IMG/VR virus record: IMGVR_UViG_3300012953_000006
Span: 1-36,551 of that record
DNA: 36,551 bases
Reading direction: 5' to 3' (one strand)
Source: a virus
Taxonomy: Duplodnaviria; Caudoviricetes
Shown: in pieces, positions 8,484-19,145 of the stretch
Layout of the letters: each line of letters begins with the position of its first letter
Numbering within the stretch: the first letter of the stretch is position 1
Notes under the pieces: model-generated
Told to the model about the DNA's origin: nothing
The model's database searches: none
The model's input: only the letters and a program-made list of their open reading frames with translations
Position numbers and translations under genes: made by a program

Positions 8484-11400
8484 ATGATAGAGAGAACTGC
8501 ACCAAACGGAACAATTATACAATTTCCTGACGGAACACCTGAAGAAACTATTAATCAGTATTTAGAACTTGAAGAATATAAAGCAACAGAACCAGTTCCT
8601 GTCGTAAGACCAGAAGATAATAATGTTGTTCAACAAGATAGAAAAAGAAGTTTTCTAACAGATATACCTTTACAGATAGTAGGGGGTGCTAGAGATAGTA
8701 TTCAGTCATCAATAAACCTAGTAGAGGGAATAGGTGACACTTTAGGGATAGGAGACCCAAATGAATTTGATTTATTTGAACTTCCTGAAATAGACGCACC
8801 AGATACAGTCGCAGGTGGTTTAGTCAGAGGAGTATCTCAATTCGCTACTGGATTTGTAGGAGTAGGTAAATTTCTTGCACCAGTTAAAGGATTTCAAAAA
8901 TTAGGTTCAACAACTAAATCTTTAGTAAAAGGTGCAGGTGCTGACTTTATTGGCTTTGATGAAAACTCAGGTCGTTTTGTAGATATGATAAATGACTACG
9001 CACCTAGCTTATCAAACCCAATGTTTGATTATTTAGCTTCTGACCCAGATGATACTTTTTGGGAGGGTCGATTTAAAAATGCAATAGAGGGTGTCGCTTT
9101 AGGTGGAGTTGCAGAGGGAATATTTAGAACTGCTAGATATATGAAACAAAAAAATGCAGAGAAATATTCTAAAATTAAACCAAATAAGAAAATACTAGAT
9201 GAAGACAGAAATTTCTTAAAAGGTTTTGATGATAATATTACAGACTTTAAACCAGAAAATATAAAGCCAAAAACAAAACAAGAATTAATTAAAGATGTAG
9301 AAGATAGTTTTGTAGCTACATTTAAGAAAGCACAAACAGAAAAATCAGGAAACAAATTTAAATCTAGACTTTTATCTGATGGTGATTTTGATTTAGGTTT
9401 TAATGCAAGACAATTAGTTAATTTAGATAAAGAGGGAATATTAACTTTAAAAACATTAATACCTCTTGTTAGAAAAAAATTAAAAGAACAAAAAACAGTC
9501 ATTCCTCAAAAGATGATTGAGAAAACTGCTGACAAAATGTTCGGTGGTAAAACTGCTAAAATGTTTAAAGCAGTCGGTAAACTTTCAAAAGATACTAAAG
9601 ACGCACCTTATACAGTAATGGCTCTTAATATGTATTATGAAACTATTACTAATGCTTTACCTAGATTAGCAAGATTAGGTTATGCAAATAAATCAAAAGA
9701 CTTAGACAATCTTGTTGATAGATTAATGGGTGAGTGGGAAGTCTTAACTTTCAACAGAGACCAAATTGGTGAAAACTTTGGAAGAACTTTAGGAGTATTT
9801 GGTAAAACAGGTGACGCTAAAAATATTGATGAGTTTCTTGATAAAGTAAAAAATATTCAAAACGCAGTTGATAGTGGAAAATTAATTAAAGGTAATAGAC
9901 GAGAATTTTATAGAAGAATTGGAAAGGCAGATAGTAAAACTGCTGAGAAAATTTTAACTGCCGTCACTAAGAATAAAACTTGGAATATGGCAAATGAAGT
10001 TTGGATTAATGCTCTACTATCAAATCCAAAAACTCATATAATAAATATGACTTCTAACTTGGTTAATACTTTTGTTAAACCAATGGAACAAATTATAGGA
10101 AGTAGATTAACTTCTAGTTTAATTGAAGACCCAAGAATGGTTAAACAAATTCAAGCAGAGGGTCAAAATGCTTTAGATACTTTAGCAGGTTTAAAAATGT
10201 ATTTAGGTGACGCTACGAAATATTCTAGAATGGCTTTTGCAAAAGAAGACACAATTATTTCTAGTAGAAGTAAATTAGATACACCAGTTAAAGCAATTGG
10301 TGGTGGTTCTTTTTCAGACCCACTTGGTAAAGTTATTAGATACCCAACTAAATTCTTAAATGCTGAAGATGAATTTTTCAGACAAATAAATTACAGAGCA
10401 AAACTTTATGCTAATGCAGTTAAAGACGCTAACAGATTAGGTAAAAGTAAAAAGAAAGTAGTTGGTAAAGTTAATGGAAAAAATATTACAGAATTTGAAG
10501 AATACGTAAATGCGTATTTTAGAAAAGGTTTCGACCCAGATACAGGTTTATTAGGTATAGACGCAGACGCATTAAGATATGCTGAAGAAAGTACTTACAC
10601 ACAAGAACTATATGGTTTGTTTAAGAAAGTCCAAGATATGACTAATGCTCACCCTTGGCTAAAACAAATCATTCCATTCGTAAGAACACCAGTAAACTTA
10701 ATGTTAAATGTAGTTGATAGAACGCCTTTAGCTTTAGCAAGAAAACAATTTAGAGACGACTTCTTTGGTTCAAGTGGTAATCCATATAGAACTGCACAGA
10801 CTAGAGGTCAAATGGCTACTGGTTTTAGTTTAATTACTTTAGCAAGTTTGATGGCTTCAGAGGGTATGATTACTGGTGCAAATTCAAATGCTTTAGATTT
10901 ACCAACAAACTCTAGAGACCTAAAAGATTTAAGACGTGGAACTGGATTTCAACCTTATTCATTTAGATTTTTTGATGAAGACACAGGTAAATATAAATAT
11001 GTTCAGTTTGGAAGATTTGACCCATTCGGTACATTCTTTGGTTTAGTTGCAGACTTTACAACATTCCATCACAAAATGACTGAAGATGAATTAGCTAGAG
11101 CAGGTGGAGATATGCTTATCGCTTTACATAGAATGGGTGGTAATGCTGATACTGATTTAGGTATTGGAACTGATATTAAAAATATTAGTAAAGCAGGATT
11201 TCACTCAATAACAAGAAACTTATTTTCAAAAACATATCTAAGAGGTTTATCAGAATTTATGGAAGCTATAACTGACGATGACCCAAATAAAATAGGAAGA
11301 TATGTTCAGCAAAAAGCAGGTTCATTTTATCCTAATGTATTTCAAAAATTAGTTAATGACCCATTTTATAGAGACGCAAAAGGTATAGTTGATGAAGCAA

Positions 11401-12020
11401 GAAAAAGAACTGGTATAGGTGTCGGTTCTGTTTCACCTAAATATGATTTCAGAGGTAATCCAATCAAAGGTTATGGAAGTGATGGTATGAGATTATTTCA
11501 AAATATATTTAATCCATTCAATTATTCTGAAGATAGTAATGATGTTGTTGCCGAAGAAATTTTAAGACTAGGTTATAATATGCCTAAGTTAAGAGAAAAT
11601 CTTAATGGTGATATTAATTTAACATTCTTTAAAAATAAAGATGGTATCTCTGCTTATGATAGACAACAAGAATTATTACAAAATGTAAAAATTAATGGTC
11701 TAACTTTAGATGAAAATTTAAGACAAGTAATAAATTCTGATTTTTATAAAAGATTAGGTGAACCAACTCAGGTTGATAAGAACAACAAAGAAAGAGGTGG
11801 TAAAGTAAAATACCTAACAAGAATTATAAAAGATTATCAGGCAATTGCAGAAATGCAGATAATGTCTGAAAGAAACAAGTTCTTTAGTACAGAAGACCCA
11901 ACAGGGAAATTTACTTTAGATAACGCAATTAAAAACTTAGGAATAAACAAACAAATTTTACAATTGGGAACTTCGCCTAACTTAAAGGCACTAGAGGGTC
12001 TCTATAAATTTAGTCAATAG
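8484..12020 (+). CDS. Internal virion protein D (gp16-like)
   Basis: 1178 aa; WINALLSNPKTH, AEDEFF and IPFVRTPVN motifs; precedes the tail fibre. Confidence 0.8.
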   Translation: MIERTAPNGTIIQFPDGTPEETINQYLELEEYKATEPVPVVRPEDNNVVQQDRKRSFLTDIPLQIVGGARDSIQSSINLVEGIGDTLGIGDPNEFDLFELPEIDAPDTVAGGLVRGVSQFATGFVGVGKFLAPVKGFQKLGSTTKSLVKGAGADFIGFDENSGRFVDMINDYAPSLSNPMFDYLASDPDDTFWEGRFKNAIEGVALGGVAEGIFRTARYMKQKNAEKYSKIKPNKKILDEDRNFLKGFDDNITDFKPENIKPKTKQELIKDVEDSFVATFKKAQTEKSGNKFKSRLLSDGDFDLGFNARQLVNLDKEGILTLKTLIPLVRKKLKEQKTVIPQKMIEKTADKMFGGKTAKMFKAVGKLSKDTKDAPYTVMALNMYYETITNALPRLARLGYANKSKDLDNLVDRLMGEWEVLTFNRDQIGENFGRTLGVFGKTGDAKNIDEFLDKVKNIQNAVDSGKLIKGNRREFYRRIGKADSKTAEKILTAVTKNKTWNMANEVWINALLSNPKTHIINMTSNLVNTFVKPMEQIIGSRLTSSLIEDPRMVKQIQAEGQNALDTLAGLKMYLGDATKYSRMAFAKEDTIISSRSKLDTPVKAIGGGSFSDPLGKVIRYPTKFLNAEDEFFRQINYRAKLYANAVKDANRLGKSKKKVVGKVNGKNITEFEEYVNAYFRKGFDPDTGLLGIDADALRYAEESTYTQELYGLFKKVQDMTNAHPWLKQIIPFVRTPVNLMLNVVDRTPLALARKQFRDDFFGSSGNPYRTAQTRGQMATGFSLITLASLMASEGMITGANSNALDLPTNSRDLKDLRRGTGFQPYSFRFFDEDTGKYKYVQFGRFDPFGTFFGLVADFTTFHHKMTEDELARAGGDMLIALHRMGGNADTDLGIGTDIKNISKAGFHSITRNLFSKTYLRGLSEFMEAITDDDPNKIGRYVQQKAGSFYPNVFQKLVNDPFYRDAKGIVDEARKRTGIGVGSVSPKYDFRGNPIKGYGSDGMRLFQNIFNPFNYSEDSNDVVAEEILRLGYNMPKLRENLNGDINLTFFKNKDGISAYDRQQELLQNVKINGLTLDENLRQVINSDFYKRLGEPTQVDKNNKERGGKVKYLTRIIKDYQAIAEMQIMSERNKFFSTEDPTGKFTLDNAIKNLGINKQILQLGTSPNLKALEGLYKFSQ

Positions 12021-12031
12021 GAAAATCAAAT

Positions 12032-13777
12032 ATGTCGTTCAATGCACGTGTCAGCTATACTGCTGACGGAAACACAAGTACGTTTGCTATAACATTTAGT
12101 TTTATAGATAGCACACACGTAAAAGTATTTTTAGATGGAGTAGCAACAACAAACTTCACAGTTTCAGGAAGTAATATAATTATGAATAGCAATCCTGCAA
12201 ATGCAGTGGTTGTTATGATTAAGAGAGAAACACCTACAAATGCTAGACTTGTAGACTTCCAAGATGGCTCTGTATTAACAGAAAGTGACTTAGATAAGTC
12301 AGCAGACCAAAACTTCTTCATTGCACAAGAAATAAATGATGAAAGTCAAAGTGCTTTAAAATTAGGTGTTGATGATACCTATGACGCACAAAGTAAAAGA
12401 ATTAAAAATGTAGCTGACCCAACTGCTTTACAAGACGCAGTCACTAAGAATTATTTAGAGAATACTTACTTAACGACTTCAACAATAGCAAATATTAATA
12501 CTCTTGGTGCTATTTCAAACTTAGGAACTTTAGCTTCTAATAATACCAACGTAAATACGGTGGCAACAAACATTGCTGACGTAGTCACGGTAGCTAATGA
12601 TATGCCAAAAGTTATTACAGTTGCTAATGATTTAAATGAAGCAGTAGCAGAAATAGACACAGTCGCTACGAATATTGCCAATGTAAATCTAGTTGGAACT
12701 GATATTGGAAATGTAAATAGCGTTGCAACGAATTTAGCTTCAGTAAATGCTTTTGGAAATACTTACAAAATTTCAGGAACTGCACCTACAGGAATACCAG
12801 AGGGAACTCTTTGGTTTGATACTGCTAATGATGTGATGAAAGTTTATGACGGTAATGCTTTTCAAAATGCAGGTTCGTCAGTCAATGGCACTTCACAAAG
12901 AAATAAATTTACTGCAACTTCAAATCAAACTACTTTTACTGGAAATGATGATGACGGTGTTGCGTTGGCGTATGACCCAAATTTCTTAGACGTTTATTTA
13001 AATGGAGTTCGTCTTGTTAATGGTGCTTCAAACGACTACGTAGCAACTAATGGCTCTAGTATAGTTTTAAATTCTGGGGCAGGTACAGGAGATATTTTAA
13101 ATGTAGTATCGTTTGGAACATTTTCTATTGCTTCATTTTCAGCGACTGCGATTACTTCAGATACTTTACCAATTGCTAGGGGTGGTACTGGACTTACTTC
13201 AGTATCAGGACAAGCAGACAAAGTTTTAAAAGTAAATAGTTCAGGTAATGCTTTCACTTTAGGACAAGCAAGTTCACCTGAAGTTTATGGATTTATAAAA
13301 GGATTTACTGCTTCAACAATTAATTACACAGTCACTGTTTCAAGTGTTGGTGGTTCAAACAAATACTTTATCAACGGTGAACAACAAAAAACATTAGAAT
13401 TATTAGAGGGTAATACGTATATCTTCAACTATCCATCAGGACACCCATTTAAGTTTTCAACAACTTCAGACGGTACTCACGGTGGGGGTTCAGAATATAC
13501 GACAGGTGTCACTCACAACAGTTCAACCCAAGTGACGATTGTAGTAGGAAGTTCAGCACCAACGCTTTACTACTATTGCAGTTTACACTCAGCTATGGGT
13601 GGACAGGCGAATACACCAGTACCTGCTAATAATACTTTACAAGTTATCACGACCAATCAAGGTGCAGATAACATAACAAACACTCAGTACAATTCGTTTA
13701 CGGATACACTGTTTAGTGCAAGTGGATTTTCATTTAGCATTGACGGAACTACTGGGAACTTAATCGCAACAATATAA
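12032..13777 (+). CDS. Tail fibre (T7 gp17-like N-terminal adaptor, ~10-aa repeats, C-terminal cupredoxin-like domain)
   Basis: YTADG...F.ITFSF and RLVDFQDGSVLTESDLD...FFIAQE gp17 signature. Confidence 0.9.
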   Translation: MSFNARVSYTADGNTSTFAITFSFIDSTHVKVFLDGVATTNFTVSGSNIIMNSNPANAVVVMIKRETPTNARLVDFQDGSVLTESDLDKSADQNFFIAQEINDESQSALKLGVDDTYDAQSKRIKNVADPTALQDAVTKNYLENTYLTTSTIANINTLGAISNLGTLASNNTNVNTVATNIADVVTVANDMPKVITVANDLNEAVAEIDTVATNIANVNLVGTDIGNVNSVATNLASVNAFGNTYKISGTAPTGIPEGTLWFDTANDVMKVYDGNAFQNAGSSVNGTSQRNKFTATSNQTTFTGNDDDGVALAYDPNFLDVYLNGVRLVNGASNDYVATNGSSIVLNSGAGTGDILNVVSFGTFSIASFSATAITSDTLPIARGGTGLTSVSGQADKVLKVNSSGNAFTLGQASSPEVYGFIKGFTASTINYTVTVSSVGGSNKYFINGEQQKTLELLEGNTYIFNYPSGHPFKFSTTSDGTHGGGSEYTTGVTHNSSTQVTIVVGSSAPTLYYYCSLHSAMGGQANTPVPANNTLQVITTNQGADNITNTQYNSFTDTLFSASGFSFSIDGTTGNLIATI

Positions 13778-13790
13778 GGAGAATATAATT

Positions 13791-14495
13791 ATGGCGACAA
13801 TAGATATAGGCAAAATAAAACCTGTATTCAAAGGTACTTACGACAATAGTACTGCCTATGTTTTAGATGACATAGTTTATTACAATGGCAGTTCATATGT
13901 TGCAAAGACTTCAACAACAGGAAATCTTCCAACTGACAACACGAAATGGAACGTACTCGCTTCTGGTTCTGGTGGAATTTGGGATAGCACTTTAGGAATA
14001 GGAAGTGCAGGACAGGTGGTAAAAGTAAACTCAGGTGCTTCGGCTCTTGAATTTGGTACTGCTGATAGTGGAAAAACTTTAAATGTCCACGCAGTTGAAA
14101 ATAGTACACGAACATCACTAGGTTCTACGACAACTTATAATTATTTTGATTTTACTTACAATCAACAAAAAGCAAATAGTAAAATTAGATTAGAAGCTCA
14201 ATTAATTGGACATACAAATAACAATGGTTGCACAGGAATAGACTTTGTTTATGACGGTACAGTATATGCAGGTCGAGGTTCGTATTCTTATACGGCTCAC
14301 GGAAACCAACATAATCTTACTGCGTTGGCTTACATTACTGGTTCTAGTTCAACTGGAAATAAATCAGTTCAGTTTAGACACAGTCACGCTACAAGTTCTG
14401 GGTCACCTTTTAATATTTGGAACCCAACAAGTACTGATGACAACAGATTGGCTACTTCAACAAGTACAATGATTGTCACTGAATACGACTTTTAA
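13791..14495 (+). CDS. Secondary tail fibre / receptor-binding protein
   Basis: N-terminal GTYDNSTAYVLDDIVYYNGSSYVA...P.....W module (CBM5/12-like); Ser/Thr/Gly-rich; AAGGAG RBS. Confidence 0.7.
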   Translation: MATIDIGKIKPVFKGTYDNSTAYVLDDIVYYNGSSYVAKTSTTGNLPTDNTKWNVLASGSGGIWDSTLGIGSAGQVVKVNSGASALEFGTADSGKTLNVHAVENSTRTSLGSTTTYNYFDFTYNQQKANSKIRLEAQLIGHTNNNGCTGIDFVYDGTVYAGRGSYSYTAHGNQHNLTALAYITGSSSTGNKSVQFRHSHATSSGSPFNIWNPTSTDDNRLATSTSTMIVTEYDF

Positions 14496-14512
14496 TATAG
14501 GAGAAAAATAAA

Positions 14513-14755
14513 ATGGCAACATTTGATATAATAGTACAAAAAAGAAATAACTTTAAAGGTTATACTGGCGAACCACCAAAAGATGAAGCTGAATATAATG
14601 ATATGAAAGCTGATATGTTTGATGGTACTTCACCTACTTGGTCTGAAATTCAAGCCGAAGTAAGTGCTTATGTAGACCCAAAAGTAAGTCTTAAAGCAAA
14701 GTTAATAGCAGGAGAGCCATTAACTGAAGAAGAAGCAAGTATATTAGTTTCTTAA
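14513..14755 (+). CDS. Small tail-associated hypothetical protein (possible fibre chaperone)
   Basis: PTWSEI and LTEEEA motifs; AGGAG RBS. Confidence 0.6.
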   Translation: MATFDIIVQKRNNFKGYTGEPPKDEAEYNDMKADMFDGTSPTWSEIQAEVSAYVDPKVSLKAKLIAGEPLTEEEASILVS

Positions 14756-14777
14756 TTACAAATCATAGGAGAGTTAA

Positions 14778-16280
14778 ATGACAAAAGCTAGAGACATAGC
14801 TGATTTTAAATTTGAAAATATAGTTGATACTGGAACTACTGGTACAAAAGTCGCTTCAGGAACAACAGCACAGCGTGGTTCTACAACTGGACAATGGCGA
14901 TACAATTCAGACAGTGGATATTTTGAGGGAAGAAATGCAACAAGTTTTTCAACATTAGAGCCAACACCTACAGTCCTTTCAGTTGATGTCACTGAAGTTG
15001 ATAGTCAAGCAGGTGGAAATCAAACTATTGTAATTACAGGAACAAACTTTTCTTCTGGTGGAGTAATCCAATTTGTTGGAAATGCAGGTACTGATTTCAA
15101 TGCTTCTACAACGACTTACAATTCAGCGTCACAAGTCACGGCAGTTGCACCTAAATCAAGTTTTTTAAATGCACAAGAACCTTATAAAGTTAAATTTACT
15201 TCGTCTTCAGGAATGGTGGGAACGTCTGCTAGTGGATTAATCAGTGTAGACACTTCACCGACTTGGAGTACGTCAGCAGGAAATATTGGCACTGTCACTG
15301 AGGGTGAAAGTGCTAACATAACAGTATCAGCAACCGACCCAGATAGTGATACGATAGCGTATACTGAAACTGGGGGAACGGTTTTAACAACAAACAGTCT
15401 TTCACTCAATTCATCAACTGGCGTTATTACTGGAACTGCACCGACTGTTTCAAATGATACGACACTCACTTTTGATTTAAGAGCAACGGCAAATTCTAAA
15501 AATGCAGACAGAACTTTTAATATAATTATTCAAGATAACCCATTAAGTGGTGTTTCAGAATTTTCAGCATTAAATTATGAGGGTACTTCAAATTTCTTAT
15601 CTACTTTATCTAGTGCAGGTAATCTTCGTGAAGTCACATCATCATCTACAATAGATACTGTTGCAGGAACAACTTGGACAGGAACAAAATTAATTAAACT
15701 AAATGATGGTGGAAACTGTGGAGATTGGACTAACATTGTAAATACGATTGGTGGTTCTGGTGGGTGGTCTGTCGTTCACTGGGGAAGAATGGACGCTTCA
15801 TCTGACGACACTTTATCAGGAAGTGTTAATCAATCCCAAGCTAGTAGAAGTTTAGATTTTTATTCTCATAAATCAGAATGGTTAGATTGGAACAATATTA
15901 CAAACACATCAAGCACCAGTTTTGGGTCAGCAGGTGATGGTTCTGTATCTTCAAATACTTTACTTGGTCAAGGTACTATGGATATGAAAGTATGGAGATT
16001 TTACGCTTATGTTTGGTCAGCTTCACCATTAAGTGGAAGTTCACAAACTTTTAAACTTGGTTTAAGTAATAGTGGAACTATGTATTTTAACACTACTGGC
16101 TCATTCACGATTACTGGTACGTCAAGCAACTCAGGATTTATGGGATATTCACCACAAGCTAGTTCAGGTGTTAATACTTATAACTATGAGGGTTGGACTG
16201 GTGGTTGGAGAGCATTTAACACAGCATTATCAGACGCACAAATTAACTTCTTATACAATAGTGGTAAGGGTAGGTTCTAA
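14778..16280 (+). CDS. Virion structural/adhesin protein with Ig-like (IPT and cadherin-like) domains and a C-terminal ConA/LamG-like domain
   Basis: IVITGTNF, SATDPDSD, LNSSTGVITGT, and WRAFNTALSDAQINFLYNSG. Confidence 0.7.
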   Translation: MTKARDIADFKFENIVDTGTTGTKVASGTTAQRGSTTGQWRYNSDSGYFEGRNATSFSTLEPTPTVLSVDVTEVDSQAGGNQTIVITGTNFSSGGVIQFVGNAGTDFNASTTTYNSASQVTAVAPKSSFLNAQEPYKVKFTSSSGMVGTSASGLISVDTSPTWSTSAGNIGTVTEGESANITVSATDPDSDTIAYTETGGTVLTTNSLSLNSSTGVITGTAPTVSNDTTLTFDLRATANSKNADRTFNIIIQDNPLSGVSEFSALNYEGTSNFLSTLSSAGNLREVTSSSTIDTVAGTTWTGTKLIKLNDGGNCGDWTNIVNTIGGSGGWSVVHWGRMDASSDDTLSGSVNQSQASRSLDFYSHKSEWLDWNNITNTSSTSFGSAGDGSVSSNTLLGQGTMDMKVWRFYAYVWSASPLSGSSQTFKLGLSNSGTMYFNTTGSFTITGTSSNSGFMGYSPQASSGVNTYNYEGWTGGWRAFNTALSDAQINFLYNSGKGRF

Positions 16281-16519
16281 TGCCTAGAAGAAAGATTACT
16301 GCTAAAGAGTTTGTTGAACAAGCGTCAGGAGTAAGACTTTCTGCTCACGAAAAATTATGTGCTGAGAGAATGAAAATTCTTAATGAAAGTATAAACGAAT
16401 TAAAAAAAGAAGTTAAATCTTTAAGACAAGATGTTTCTAAAGGTAAAGGTGCAGTAGCTGTACTTGTATTTATTGGAACTCTTGTAGTTTCTATTCTTGG
16501 TTTTTTAAATTTTAAATAA
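16280..16519 (+). CDS. Coiled-coil protein with C-terminal TM helix (possible lysis accessory)
   Basis: HEKLCAER motif, heptad repeats, hydrophobic tail. Confidence 0.65.
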   Translation: MPRRKITAKEFVEQASGVRLSAHEKLCAERMKILNESINELKKEVKSLRQDVSKGKGAVAVLVFIGTLVVSILGFLNFK

Positions 16520-16753
16520 GTGAAATATCTATTAATACTCTATATGTGCAGTATGAGTACTGGACAGTGTCCATCTAGTTCAATTTCAGGTTGGCAATTT
16601 AATAATCATTATGATTGTGTAAATGCAGGTTATGGAGTTGCACAAAAAACTTTTCAAAATTTAACTGAATTAGAAGAATGGGATATTCCACATATAAACG
16701 AAAACAAAATAGTTGTTAAGTTTGAATGTAGAGAAGTAGGTAGACCAGTATGA
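16520..16753 (+). CDS. Small Cys-containing hypothetical protein
   Basis: 77 aa; GTG start directly after the upstream TAA; hydrophobic N-terminus and 4 Cys. Confidence 0.65.
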   Translation: MKYLLILYMCSMSTGQCPSSSISGWQFNNHYDCVNAGYGVAQKTFQNLTELEEWDIPHINENKIVVKFECREVGRPV

Positions 16754-17100
16754 AAATAAATTCAGAGACAAATTTAAGTTTACCTATTCGTAATTTAGTA
16801 GCTTTGATTTTTGTAATTTGTTCTGGCTTGTGGGCTTACTTTGGAATTGTTGAAAGAATAAATACTTTAGAAACCTCAAAACAATTGATGGAAGCTGACT
16901 TATTAAAGAAAGCTGAACAAACACCACGTAATTTAGAAATGCTAATGTTGATAGAACATAACGCAGGTATTTTAGAAAAGCACCAATCAATGCTAGATGA
17001 AAATATTCATACAAAAGTTTTATTAAATGAAGCAACTAAAAAGATAGATAAATTACAAGAAGACGTAGAAAAACTAATACGTAATGGGAGTGGACACTAA
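16750..17100 (+). CDS. Membrane-anchored coiled-coil protein (i-spanin-like topology)
   Basis: N-terminal TM helix plus coiled coil; ATGA overlap. Confidence 0.6.
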   Translation: MKINSETNLSLPIRNLVALIFVICSGLWAYFGIVERINTLETSKQLMEADLLKKAEQTPRNLEMLMLIEHNAGILEKHQSMLDENIHTKVLLNEATKKIDKLQEDVEKLIRNGSGH

Positions 17101-17300
17101 TGGTAGAGATTATGGCTTTATTAATGTTTGTTGGTGCAGAGCAAAAATTAATAGAAATGACCTATATGCCTAGTGTCAAAAAATGTATTGAGAAAAAAAG
17201 AATAAGCACCAGAAATAGCAATGCTCTTTATATATGTTCAAAAGTAAAGGCAGAGTTAGATGAAGATATGAAAATTATAAGAATAGAGAGAAATCAATGA
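17100..17300 (+). CDS. Small hypothetical protein
   Basis: 66 aa, coupled on both sides. Confidence 0.65.
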   Translation: MVEIMALLMFVGAEQKLIEMTYMPSVKKCIEKKRISTRNSNALYICSKVKAELDEDMKIIRIERNQ

Positions 17301-17515
17301 GTGATAAATTAAAAGAATTACACGGAGTTTTAGCAGAGGAATTACTAAAAAGAGTTAAAGACCCAGAAGCAAAATCTAGTGACCTAAACGTAGCTAGACA
17401 GTTTCTCAGAGATAATAATATAGACGCAGTACCTACACAAGACAGTCCATTGAGTAAATTAATAGAGGAACTACCATTTGATGAAAAACGAAAAACTTCT
17501 AACAAAACTAACTGA
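17297..17515 (+). CDS. terS: Terminase small subunit (gp18-like)
   Basis: DLNVARQFLRDNNI motif; directly precedes terL. Confidence 0.85.
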   Translation: MSDKLKELHGVLAEELLKRVKDPEAKSSDLNVARQFLRDNNIDAVPTQDSPLSKLIEELPFDEKRKTSNKTN

Positions 17516-19145
17516 TTTTAGAAATTTTTTATATCTCACTTGGAAACATTTAAACTTACCTGAACCAACTAAAATACAATACGATATAGCTGATTATATA
17601 GCTAATGGTGATAGTAGGATTATTGTTTCTGCATTTAGAGGTGTAGGAAAATCTTGGATTACTGCAAGTTATGTACTTTGGAGAATTTTATTAAATCCCA
17701 ATATAAACATACTTGTTGTATCTGCTTCTAAAAATAGAGCAGACGATTTTAGTACATTCTGTTTAAGGTTATTATCTGAGATACCAATACTACAACATTT
17801 GTATCCAAAGGACGACCAGAGACAATCAAAGATTAGTTTTGATGTAAATACTGCAAGTGCTTCTCAGCAACCAACAGTAAAGTCTTTAGGTATTACTTCT
17901 CAGATTACAGGTTCACGTGCTGACTTAGTTGTAGCCGATGATATTGAAACTTCAGGAAATACTCAAACTCAGTTTATGAGAGACAAGTTATCTGAAGCTA
18001 TTAAAGAATTTGAAGCAGTAATTAAACCAGATACTTCTAGAATTGTATATCTTGGTACACCACAGAGTGAACAGAGTATTTATAATAAACTTCAAGAGAG
18101 AGGTTATAAGATTAGATATTGGACTGCTAGATACCCAAGTGAAAAACAAATTAAATCATATGGTTCTAATTTAGCACCTATAATAAATAATACTTGGGAT
18201 ATTAATTTAATTGGTAAACCTACTGAACCTACAAGATTTGATGAAAAAGATTTATTAGAAAGAGAAGCTAGTTATGGAAGACTAGGTTTCAATATGCAGT
18301 ATCAATTAGATACTACGTTAAGTGATTTAAATAAGTTTCCATTAAAATTATCAGACTTAGTGGTTATGAATTGTAATCCTGAAAATGCACCAGAAAAAGT
18401 TATCTGGGCAAGTTCACCTGAATTACAACATAATGATTTACCTAATGTTGGATTACAAGGAGACGCTTATTATAGACCTATGAATATTCAAGGGTCTTGG
18501 CTTCCATATACAGGTTGTGTTATGGCAATTGACCCAAGTGGTAAAGGTCGTGATGAGACTGCCTATTGTGTCACTAAATTTGCAAATGGTAATATTTATT
18601 TATTAGATATTGGTGGTTTCAATGCAGGTTATTCTGAACACACTTTATCTAAATTAGTAGAAGTAGCTAAGAAACACAAAGTTAATAAAATACTTATTGA
18701 ACAGAATTTCGGACAGGGAATGTTTGAAGCATTATTAAAACCTTATTTAATAAAGCAATATCCTTGTACGACTGAAATGGTTCATCAACAGACTAATAAA
18801 CATAGAAGAATATTAGATACGTTAGAACCAATTATTTCACAACACAGATTGATAGTAGATAAATATGTAGTCAAAAAAGACTATGAAGAAACTAATATGT
18901 TGTATCCACAAGAAACAGCATTGAGGTATCAATTATTCTATCAATTAAGCAGATTACAAAAAGAAGTACATTCTTTGGCACAAGATGACAGAATTGATTG
19001 TCTTCAAGTTGCCTGTAATCATTGGGTCAAACATCTATCAAGAGACCAAGAACTAGCTATGAAAATGCGTAAAGAAGAACTCTTTAATAATGAAATGGAA
19101 AAGTACTTTGGAGACCCAATAGACAACTCTTGGATTAAAATATGA
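17478..19145 (+). CDS. terL: Terminase large subunit (gp19-like)
   Basis: AFRGVGKSW (Walker A), GSRADLVVADD (Walker B), IDPSGKGRDE and DDRID nuclease motifs. Confidence 0.96.
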   Translation: MMKNEKLLTKLTDFRNFLYLTWKHLNLPEPTKIQYDIADYIANGDSRIIVSAFRGVGKSWITASYVLWRILLNPNINILVVSASKNRADDFSTFCLRLLSEIPILQHLYPKDDQRQSKISFDVNTASASQQPTVKSLGITSQITGSRADLVVADDIETSGNTQTQFMRDKLSEAIKEFEAVIKPDTSRIVYLGTPQSEQSIYNKLQERGYKIRYWTARYPSEKQIKSYGSNLAPIINNTWDINLIGKPTEPTRFDEKDLLEREASYGRLGFNMQYQLDTTLSDLNKFPLKLSDLVVMNCNPENAPEKVIWASSPELQHNDLPNVGLQGDAYYRPMNIQGSWLPYTGCVMAIDPSGKGRDETAYCVTKFANGNIYLLDIGGFNAGYSEHTLSKLVEVAKKHKVNKILIEQNFGQGMFEALLKPYLIKQYPCTTEMVHQQTNKHRRILDTLEPIISQHRLIVDKYVVKKDYEETNMLYPQETALRYQLFYQLSRLQKEVHSLAQDDRIDCLQVACNHWVKHLSRDQELAMKMRKEELFNNEMEKYFGDPIDNSWIKI

